64,000 nt of DNA from Sphaeroforma arctica JP610 (lineage: Eukaryota): positions 15,688 through 79,687 of the forward strand of contig NW_014040418.1 in the NCBI RefSeq assembly GCF_001186125.1, given 5' to 3'. This document shows, piece after piece, positions 26,738 to 38,700 of this stretch. Position numbers and translations under genes: made by a program. The notes under the pieces are model-generated. The model ran no database searches and had not been told where the DNA came from. It was given only the letters and a program-made list of their open reading frames with translations. The first letter of the stretch is position 1, and each line of letters starts with the position of its first letter.

Positions 26738-29700
26738 TATATGTATATATATATATCTATATCTGTATCTATATATGTGTGTGTGTGTGTATGTGTGTGT
26801 GTGCGTGTGTGCTCATTATTATATATATATATGTATGTATGTATGTATGTAGGTCGGTACTTTGGCGCTTGTATGTGCATGTGTGTACTGTGTTGAACAT
26901 ACATACGTATATCTTCGTCCTATCTGTATCGCGTATCGAGCATCCTTCGATTAATCCTCCAGAATACATTGGAGGTGTATCCATTCACACGTGTGTAGTC
27001 GTCCATACATAACCTCCTCTCATGACCTCAACGCCTTGGCACCCGCACTGCTCTCCATCCGCATCCACAATACCAAACCCAGCGCTCTCATACCTACACC
27101 AAGTGACAATCTCAACTTACACGCATTTCATTTGCCTTCACTTGTCCCTGCCACAGGGTTTTAGGGTTTTGCGCCAATTGACTTCACTTCACTTCTCCCT
27201 GCTACAGGGTTTTGCACCACTTGACCTTTCTTCCCTCCTCCCCAATCCACAGAGACGCGGCTGGCTTGTCCGTGCCGTTGGTAGATCAGCCTCTGCTGAT
27301 TCACCATTTCCAGGGTCTGCACACGGTCGTTCCCAAGGCAACACCATCGATTGTCAGCACGTACCAACGGGGAGCCAAGCGACCACGTCTGTTGAAGCAG
27401 TTCTTAGCAGGGGTGAGTGTCTCAGTCAACGGTTGATAGGGTTGTGGTGCATGATATTGTATACTATACCAGTTGGGCGGGAAAGGTTGGCTGTGTGGGG
27501 TTTCTGTATGCGTACGGATGCTGCAAAGGTTGTAGTTAATGTTTTTATACCCTATAGGACAAGACATATATATATATATATATATATATATGGGGGGGGG
27601 TGGGTATGTATGCATGCATGTATGTATGTATGTTGATTTTTATATAAGTTTCTTACAGCTTATATTCCTCCCATTCTACTCTGGCCACCCAGGAGGGTCC
27701 GCAGAGACAGGGGCTGACGGTGTTCTACCACTACGAACCCCATGTGCCGTACTATCCCACGGCGGCGTTCTTCTTCTTGGGCAATCTGGCGGCCATTGAA
27801 GACGCGACCGATGAGCTACGCTACATGGCATTGGCTTATGATCCCAAGGTGTGTGTGTGTGAGTGAGTATGTGTATTTTGTGCGTGTGTGAATGTGTGTG
27901 TGTGTGCACGACCCTTATGCTAAGGCTAATGCTTGTGATTTGATTCGTATGCGTGTGTGTGTGTTTGTGTTACACTTAGGCTAATGCGTATGATTTGTAT
28001 GCGTGTATGACAAACTTACATATGCAAACTAACCTCAACTCGGCTTTCCTTTTTTATCTCTATATATAGTACGTTGGAGATTATATCAGTATATATAGTA
28101 CGAATGGGAGTACATCTCTATATATAGTACCACCTTACTCAGGTCTCTACCAGATGTATCGCCATTACCACCTATTACACCTACCAACCCCTTACCCTCT
28201 CTCTACCACCCCCCACTTTGTACCTACAGTCGGGCAATGTATCTGCTGGCACGTTGTATCGCACGCAAGTGGGTGTGGGCAAGGGATCGCTGGTGAATGA
28301 GTTTGAGGCGCGCTTCTTCTACGAGGATAATGGTGCGGGTGCCCCTATCACCAGGGCCTTCTATGTGTCTGTTACGGAGAAGTGGTCTATGCTGGTGCAG
28401 TATGCTGGAAAGGTGGGTGTGTGCGAGAGTGTACGGGTTGTGGTTGTGTGTGGTGTTGGTTGCGTATGTTTGGGGGTGTATGTGTGTTGCCGTTGCATGT
28501 TGGCGCGCATGTCCAGGTGTGTGTTTGTATTTGCCCTGAGTTTCGTATTTAATACATAGCTGTATTTAATATATATATATGCGGGAACTCAACTACTTCG
28601 ATACACACACCCTTTGTCCGCATTCGCCTCTGTCGTCAACTCAGCACCTACGCTACCTACACCTTCAATTTACCACACATGTCTCATATTCCGACTCATG
28701 TCGTTTATTCCACCATCAGGTGAGCGGCGAGGATCAGCCGCACATCTCTTATGTGGACTACGTAGACCCTCACAACATCAAGTGCCGTACGCATTACTCC
28801 TACACCCATCCGCTGCACCCCACTCTGCAGACCATGAAGGTATGCATGTGATTGCAGGGTTTAGTGTTTTTTAGGGTTTGAAGGTATGCTTGTCTTGTAT
28901 CAGAGTCTTCAAAAAAAAATGGTATAGTAAGCAGGTGTATTGTGTGTGTTTGTTTTATGTGCTGTGCTTGTTTGGTGTATTATGGTGTGTGATAGGCGTA
29001 GATATAAGAGTATGTAGATGGCATGTGTTGTGTGATAGGCGTGTAGATATATGAGTATGTAGATGGCGTGTGTATGGGGTACAATATCGCAGTAGAATCT
29101 GTAGCGCTAGCAAATAGTGCACCTCCTCTACAGCACCAGAACCGTCTGTAGTTCAGTCGTATGTACAGGCGCCCGTATTCACTTACCACACACATACACA
29201 CACTTAAACATACATACACACACAGCTTCGCACAGGTAACATCGCACATCGGAAGGTCAAAGTAGAGACTCCGTTGGTGATCAAGAACGATCCATACCAA
29301 CTGATCAATGCACTACCGCCACGCGGCATCTACCACTACGACATGCTACTCACCCACGGCCTCAGGGAGAAGCGACGCGGCAACTACTTCGGGCAGCAGT
29401 GGTATGGATAGGAGTGTGTGTGTATAGGCATGTAGATGTGTGGATGTGTGTATAGGCATGTAGATGTGTGTACGTGAGTATGGGCATGTAGACGTGTGTA
29501 TGTGAGTATGGGTATGTAGATGTGTGTATGGGCATGTGTGCATGTGTGTGGGCATGTTCACGGATCAGCTCATTCGAATAGCGGTGTCATTTAGATCTAG
29601 ATACATATATACTTGTACTTATGCTTTTACTTATACTTGTACTATAGTTGTAACTATACTTATAATTATACTTATACATATACTTATATATATATATATG

Positions 29701-32700
29701 TGTGTGTGGGCGTTTATGCATGTCTGTGTGCCATCATCTCTAACTTATTTACCCCTTTCACTCCCTCCATCTCTCCTTCATTAGGACTGAGTTCTACTCC
29801 CGTGCTGCTACAACACAGCGCAAGCGAATGGAACTGTGGACACTGTGGCGCTCAGGGTTCATTGAGGGAGCCTTCGCTATGGACATTGACGAAGTCTTCC
29901 TGCGAGAAGAACCTATCCTCAAGCGGTATGTGTATGTGTACACGTATGTGTATGTGTACACGTATGCGTATGTGTACACGTATGCGTTTGTGTATGTGTA
30001 TGTGTATGTGTACACGTATGCGTATGTGTTTATGTTTAAGTGTACGTATGTGGGTGTGTGTATTTGTATGTGAATGTAAATTGTCAGAGTATTACTTGGC
30101 CAAGCCTGGCCGCAAAGATCGACCAAGGCGTGTGTTAATTTGCAAATAAAACATACGCTCACCTGTGCCCATCCCTCCCTGTGAGCTTCCCCTACACCTG
30201 AGTCACCTACACTTACCCCCACGGCTCTCCGAGCACCTGTGCCTGGTACTCTCCGAATCAAATTCTGCACATAGACCGTTATAACAGCCGACACGCACAA
30301 CAAGGTGTAACCTGTAATTGTACTTTAAATGTTATTCAGAGGCTTGTGTCGTGATGCATACTCCCTTCTTTTTTTTTCTCGCAAAACATATGCTCCTATG
30401 ATTCCTTTCACACATATACTTACACTCATACCTACCTCTCCCATGCCCCACCCACACAGCTACAGACACTCATACCTACCTCTCCCATACCCCACCCACA
30501 CAGCTACAGACACTCATACCTACCTCTCCCATACCCCACCCACACAGCTACAGACACTCATACCTACCTCTCCCATACCCCACCCACATAGCTACAGACA
30601 CTCATACCTACCTCTCCCATACCCCACCCACATAGCTACAGACACTCATACCTACCTCTCCCATACCCCACCCACATAGTTACAGACACTCATACCTACC
30701 TCTCCCATACCCCACCCACATAGCTACAGACACTCATACCTACCTCTCCCATACCCCACCCACACAGCTACTGGAAATTCCGTGACCGTGGCGACAAGGC
30801 CGGTGCGCGTGACCAGATAGACCACCACCTGGTTGCTATCTCTAACCTGGTAGTACGAGACACCCCCAACACACGCACACACTTGCAACTGCGCATAAGT
30901 GATCTACAGGGCCTCGGCTGTGGCGGTGACTCGTCCGAGATCACGTCGCTGGATGTGAGCACAGACATGAACCGGGAGAATCTGCAGGTGTGTGCTTGCA
31001 GATAGAAAGATATATATGTGTGCGTATATGCTTGTGGTTGTATATATATATATATATATATATATACATGTGTGTGTGTGTGTGTGTGTGTAAGGCATAT
31101 ATGCTGCGTGCGTGTGTTTGCACATGCGTGTTACTTCCATGCACATGTGTGTGTTTAGCTCTATGCACTGCTGTGCATGCGTGACTGCACGTGACGGGGT
31201 GCTGTGGTGTCTATTGGTGGCCACATGTTGCATGCTTTGACATCAGCAGTTTCATGTGTCCTCGTTGTGTGTATATATAGATATCTCGCAGACCCTTTAT
31301 CCTTTCCTTGTGTTGTAGGTAGTTTCTCACATACCCCTTGTCCTTTCCTTGTGTTGTAGGTAGTTTCTCACATAACCCTTATCCTTTCTTTATGTTGTAG
31401 GTAGTTTCACATACCCCTTGTCCTTTCCTTGTGTTGTAGGTAATTTCTCATATACCCCTTATCATTTCCTTGTGTTGTAGGTAGTTTCTCACATACCCCT
31501 TATCCTTTCCTTGTATTGTAGGTAGTTTCACATACCCCTTGTCCTTTCCTTGTGTTGTAGGTAGTTTCTCACATACCCCTTATCCTTTCTTATGTTGTAG
31601 GTAGTTTCACATACCCCTTGTCCTTTCCTTGTGTTTTAGGTAGTTTCTCACATACCCCTTATCCTTTCCTTGTGTTGTAGGTAATTTCTCACATACTCAT
31701 ATCCTTTCCTTGTGTTGTAGGTAATTTCTCATATACCTCTTATCCTTTCCTGGTGTGTAGGTACTTTCGCTTGACTCTGGCACATGGCCTACGGGTGGGG
31801 GTGGTGTGGGCAGTTGTCGTCGTGATCTGATTGACAATCTCAACCGCGTGCGCTGGACGGCCATTGCGGAAATCGGAACCGATTCAGAGATGGTGCAGAA
31901 GGGGTATGTTGTGCTATGTATAGGACATGCGAGCTATGCATTGTGCTATAAATAGATCATCTGAGCTATATACTGTGCTATAAATAGACCATCTGACCTA
32001 TACATTGTGCGCTGAACAGATGATGAGAAATATTCCAGGCGGCGTTCTAGTTAGTGGTATTCTGCATGTTTTCAGGGTCATTTATCAGGCCTTTCTGATA
32101 CACCACTCCGCAAGCTGTCTCGCCACTTATCCTTCCACCATACTGTTCTTACTGTACACCACATTCTTCTCACTTATCCTTACACCATACTGTTCTTCTA
32201 CCTGCTTCTCCAGATACCAAGCCGAGCGTTTTGTGAATGCCATTGACTACGTGCCCTTGTGGGGACTGGATATGGGAACACCCAACCAGGTAAGCGCACG
32301 CTCTGTCATGCGCAGACAACGCTGTGTGTACTTTGTTATACGAGCATGAGTGTATTTGCAACAGACATAAGCGTGGATTGAGATATGTGTACATGATTGT
32401 ATGCATCTGTATATGTATATATATATATATGTATGAACATGTTTATGTTTGCATGTGTATGTATGTCGGTATCCTCGTAGTGTTGCATGAAGATGATTGT
32501 TTTGCTATTCATGAACTTGCTTGTAATATCACTATTTTAAATCTCAACTGAGCGCAGCCAGTTACTTCTCTGGCAGTTATGTGACCCTGGTGGCAGCTGA
32601 ATGTCTTTAAGCGTTTAGTACTAATAAACGCAATAACCTGTTTGAATAATAGAAACCCGAAGATGCTTATAATTCTGTATTCTATTTATAGACCAGCTGC

Positions 32701-35700
32701 TCACAATTCTATATTCTATTTATATACCAGCTGCTCATAATTCTGTATTCTATTTATAGACCAGCTGCTCATAATTCTGTATTCTATTTATATACCAGCA
32801 TGTGTTGTCTGACCAGCCGTACGGCGAGTTGCAGCTGAAGGCCAAACGTACGACGGACAATATTGTGAAGCGCAACTTCATTCCGTTGCTACAGCAACTG
32901 ATCTATGGTACGTGTTGTTCTATGTGCCACTGCTTGGGTGACGGTGTGGTTGCGTACGAAGGCCTGTGCGCAGTTAAACACTCTCGTTCACACTTAGCTC
33001 ACACACCTGAGCCTATTTGTATCGTATAATGTCTTGCTTATGAACACCTCTTTCTAAAACATGTGCATGCGCTCTATCTAACACTGTCAATAGCCGTCTG
33101 TTCTGAGGTGTGTATACTGTGTCTGTTCTAAAGTGTTTATAAGCTTAAAACAGCCATCGAGAGGCCCTACCGTCGTCCTATACGCCTGCCGTGCGCAGAT
33201 GTTCTCTTGCACGTACGCACACCAATTAGAGCTGAAAGCATGAGCTGCAAATCACATACTACACCCTACACGCACCTTTCGTGGTATGTTGTACCTTGAC
33301 TTTACACTCACGCCTGTTGACACGCCTCATCTATCTATAACAAACCCCTCAAACCCTTAACGTATCCTATGTATTGCTTCCTACCCCCCCCCCCCCCACT
33401 GCACCTACCAGGGATGAACCAGACGGACTTCAAGCCCTACCACACCACACTGTACGCCAACATGTTTGTGAAGCTGCACCTGTACTTCCAGGAGTTTGAT
33501 TGGCTGACCTCGTGGGACCACGAGTACTCACGCCGTGCATGGTACCGCACATGGTTCCAGGTGCTCAACGACGCCAACAGGGGACGCTTCAACGCCAACC
33601 ACAAGCAGAAGTTTAATAGTATGTGCGGCTACATAGAGAGATGCATATTGATATATATATATATATTGCTGTGTCTGTGTCTATGTCTGTGTCTGTGGTA
33701 GCGTATGGACACTCTGTTTACTTCTGACACTAAAAATCTCCCCCAACACCCGCTCACGCCTACTCACCCTCACCTACCCCTTACCCCCCACAGACCGCCA
33801 GCCAGGGTTTAATGACCCTGATGACGGAGCCGCTGACTACTATCTGCAGTTGGAGATGCCTACGCTGGAGGATCTAGATGCGCTGTATGAGCTGATTGTG
33901 CGTCTGCTCTTCCCCATTGCCGCACGCTTCCCGCGGCTGTCTGTGGTCCATGCCTCCCACCACGGCATCCAGTCTCTGTTGGGAGTTATCTCCAAGACCA
34001 TGTATGTCTGCGTGTGTGTGTGTGTTTGGGTTTTAGCCTCCCACCACGGCATCCAGTCTCTGTTGGGAGTATCTCCCAAGACCATGTATGTCTGCGTGTG
34101 TGTGTGTGTTTTTGCCTCCCACCACGGCATCCAGTCTCTGTTGGGAGTTATCTCCAAGACCATGTATGTCTGCGTGTGTGTGTGTGTGTTTGGGTTTTAG
34201 CCTTCCACCACGGCATCCAGTCTCTGTTGGGAGTTATCTACAAGACCATGTATGTCTGCGTGTGTGTCTGTGTGTGTTTGGGTTTGGGTTGATTCGTAAG
34301 AGTATACCTACATGTTTCTCGGATTCTTGTCTCGTATAAGTAGATTATGTTCCTGCTGTGTCCCGTTGCTTCTTTTTTCACTCGTCTGAGGCGCGTGCCT
34401 CTCCCTACAACCTCTTCACTCTCCTCCCATCCCAGGTACGGTTCCTAAATCCTATACACCTAAAACCCTATACCCTTTACCCTATACACCCCCCTGGCAG
34501 GTACGGTTCGTCCCTGATTATCTGGGATCATGGGGTGTTGTGGCGTGAGCGTCTACTGGCCCTGTCCACTCTACCGCCCCAGGTCATGGCTAAGTTCGTG
34601 CAGATTGGGTTTGTGGGTCTGACGCGCCTTTCGGCGACACTCGCGTACAACGCAGCGAACTGTGTGTGCCCGTGCACTTCTATCCAGAACGTCCAGTGGG
34701 AGGTATGTGGTCGATGATGTGTTTTTACGTGTGCTTGTATGTGTATGTGTGCGTGTGCGTGTACGTGTGTGCATTACATGAGCTGCTGTTGCATGCTGTG
34801 TGTCACAGCCAATTACAAACTAAAGTGAACGCATTCACGCCCTGATACCTACGCATACTTCGTTGTGTGGTATTGATGGGGTGTCTAGGTATTTCAACAC
34901 ACAAAGGATACTATATACATGCACCTACGCCCACTCTCACATGCACACTCATACTCTCTCTCACTCTCACACGCGCACGCATTCGTTTTCTCTCACCCAA
35001 GGCCTATCTTATGTACTGCACACACTCGCTCTCACAACACACATACCCTCTCGCTCGCTCACTCTCTCACCCTCTCACACATTCGTTTTCTTTCTTAAGG
35101 CCTATCTCGGCGGAGGCAAGTACAGCAACGATACGATGGAGCGTATGATCTACCGTAAGATCTCACCCGTGCTCAACGGAATGGATGTGAACCGTTTCCG
35201 TATCGACAAGTCGAAGGAAAAGGACAACCCCACGACCGTGATGCTGTCCCACGTCAATCGTATCAAGGATGTGCTCAACGCCATTGAGGCCGCCGCGGTC
35301 ATCGTGCACGAGTATGTGTGTATCTATGTATGCATTCAATTATATGCATGTGTGTGTATGTCTATACTTTCAAGTACGTACACACATGTGTGTGGGTGTG
35401 TATGTCTTTCAAGTACGTACACATGTGTGTGTGTGTGTGTGTGTCTACATATGCATTATACTATATGCGTGTGTGTGTCTGTGTTTTATATATACTAACA
35501 GACATGTATTTCTTGCCTGCGCTCCGAAATCTTCGTTTACTAAGAATCTCGACCATGACAATCATATCGTCACAGGCGATATCACATACACACATTCCCC
35601 TGTCCTTACCTACTAACTTGCCCCCTCCCGCAGATACGGACTGAAAGAGTACAAGTTGCTGGTGTATGGATCTCTGGACTCGGATCCGTTGTACGCCAAC

Positions 35701-38700
35701 GAGTGTGCCAATGCAATCATTGCGCTTAATTTGGCGGAGAATGCCTTCCTGTGTGGTTTAGGTGAGCGAGAGCACTGCTATTTATAGCTCATGTGCCCCC
35801 TGCCATTCTGGTCCATTGTTAGGGCCAATGTACAGCCTTTTTTCTTTTTTCTTTTTCTTCGGCTGTAGAGTACACACTGTTCTGTTGTGCGGTACATAAA
35901 CCATCCGAACTGCTGTTGTTGTATTAAATTGTGCGGCCTATAGCTCATACCTCACCTACCAATACGCTACCTATACCCTCAGGTAACCCTGCGCTGGTGC
36001 TGCCCCAAGGATGGGTGTTTGTGAACAGTTCGGTATCTGAGGGTCTGCCCTTGGCCATTGGTGAAGCAGGACTCACTGGACTGCCTGTGGTGTGCACGGA
36101 TGTAGGTGGATCTCGAGAGGTAGGTATATGTGGCATTTTACTATACATATATTGGTATATAGTTCATATACTTTCTATACCCTCCGATGCTTGGTACAAT
36201 TTCCCAGAGGAGCAGTACCAGTTACATCCAGCCCAACAAGCCTACGCTGTATTCCTTTAGACTATAGACATCGTCCACACTGTGACTTTCCCTTTGCTAC
36301 TCTTGCTGTGCCTACCTACCTATGCCTACCTGCTTTTTTCAACCTACCTGTCTACCTACAGGTGCTGAGTGACACCACTCCGGGCGAAACCATTGATCCG
36401 CTCATTACTTACGGGCGCATTGTGGCCCCTCGCGCACCCGCCGATCTCGCGCGAGCACAACTGGAGGTATGCGGCGGGAGTACTTTTGGAATGTGTGGAG
36501 CAAGTTGTGGTCTACGCAACATGACTTTTCACACATGCGAATGGACGCACGCGTACGGATATCTTAAGATTGTAATAGTGAATGTTATGTGTGATGTGAT
36601 AGTGTTTGCTATGTATGATGTATTAGTGTGGTGTTCAGTTTCCATGGCTACAACCCGGAGCAGAAGAGCACTATGAGAGCACACGTGGTGCTACAATCGC
36701 AATATGTGCGCGATATTGGCGGTACATGTGTGTGTCTCAGATGTGCATACGGCAGTTACCAGCTGTGCATAAATGACAGTCAGAGGTACACCAACATGAG
36801 CTAGAGCATGCGTAGGAAACCTGTTGCCCTGACAACGCATCACTTCTCTTCTCGTGACAACATGTAGCGACACTGTATATAAATATAAAGGACGGATTTA
36901 GGAAGTATGTACTTATTAATGTCTTTTTATGTATGTGTACCTGGTCCAAAGAATATATTTATTGGTGTCTTACTATGTACCTGGTATGTGCACCTTGTCC
37001 AGATTATGGGACTGTTGGATGGTGTGGAACGAATTGTGGACCCAAAGTACACGGACGACGATGTCAAGCTGGAGGACATCCGACACGACCACTCACAACT
37101 ACTAGGCCGATTAATGGACCCCCGAATCAAGGCCAAAAGGCGGCGCCTGGGGCTGCTACTGCGATCGCGCGTATTCAGGTGACGATGCATTTGATGTTGA
37201 TGTGTATGTGTGTTCCTGTGGGTGGGTGGTATGTGGTGAGCGAGGGTGTATTAGACTTCCAGGAGATATGTGAACATCTCCAGTACACAGGCACTTGTAC
37301 TATCTACACTACGCATTGTCTGCCCCTATTTCAGGTCTGTTAGTAGCCTGTGTGTCCCTCTTAGTCTCCCACCGGTCATGGCTCATCCATCCATCCTTCC
37401 ACACACACCATGTCTACTGTATGCCACACACAATCTTCCATCTTATTCACACGCACCTCCATCTTACACGCACACCTTCCAACTTATACACACATATCTC
37501 CTGTATGATACACACAATCTTTCATCTTACTCACACATGTCTCCTATATAACACTCACATCTTCTCTCGTTCTCACTTTCCTATTCCGCGTATGTACCTT
37601 TTACCTTCGCCTGCAGAGTGTTCCCCATCTCTCGGTACTTGCGTGAGCACGAGCAGCAGATCTGGATCTCTGCGCTGCAGTGTCAGCATTGGGATCTGTG
37701 GCAAATGGTGCAGCGCTTTGTGATGCCCCGAAGGCGTGACCCCAACCGACCGCAGGAGATGCTCGAAGACGGCGAAGATGATATCAGGGACGACGATTTG
37801 TCAGGTGAGGATATGTATCTATATATATATATAAATATAAATTGTATATGTATGTATGTATATATATATATACATACTTGTATACTTGTATACATATGTG
37901 TGCACAATGATTCTGTACCTGTTTTGTATTCGCGTATATAGTTTTCTTCCTCTTTATCGTCCGCCGGAGTTGCTGAACGGCAGTGATGACAATATGAGAC
38001 ACTTTCAGTGAACTGTACACACAGTTTCTGAGCCCCACTCTGTACTCTCGCCCGATGCTATCACCCGGTACCATACCATCTCTCTAATTACTTTGGCTGC
38101 TATATATATATATATATATATATATTCTCCTCTCCCCCACAACCTAGTCTCATTGGCTGATATTTATCCCCAGGTGGTCTCATGGCCTTCACCCACGCCA
38201 CCGCGGCACTGGCGCCCAAGGTGCAGGAGATACGCACAGAGATCCGGTCAGAAAGTACCGAACCTCTAAACCCCCCAGCGGAAGCCGTAGCCCCATCCTC
38301 TACGCCGCCTAAGGTGGCTGCACGCCCACAGTTTCTGCTGGCAGATGCCGACGAAAAGGACCGCGAGGGCATGAAGGTGTGCATGTGCATGTGTTGTTAC
38401 GTATGCATGTGCATGTGTGTTGTTATGTATGCATGTGTATGTGTGTTGTTATGTATGCATGTGCATGTGTTTTTACGTATGCATGTGCATGTGTGTTGTT
38501 ATTTATGCATGTGCATGTGTGTTGTTATTTATGCATGTGTATGTGTGTTGTTATGTATGCATGTGCAAGTGTTGGGGGTTGTGTGTTGTTTTGTATGCAT
38601 GTGCGTGTCCTGGCGTACCCCCTATAGCCACACACCCCACACCCGCACCACGCTTAGCACATATCTATCCCATACACTCAACGTTATTGGACTGTTCTTA

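Larger units (their letters stand above)
31761..37804 (+). other. PelF-like GT4 (GT-B fold) catalytic region of the giant gene (exons 43-54)
   Basis: GTWP..GGGV loop, [24 protein letters not shown], the E-X7-E signature EGLPLAIGE, and [12 protein letters not shown]. Confidence 0.92.

Noticed and set aside
16275..31770. Regular 35-54-bp repeat arrays as CRISPR
   Set aside because: Units are contiguous with no unique spacers, no cas genes are present, and the context is spliceosomal introns.
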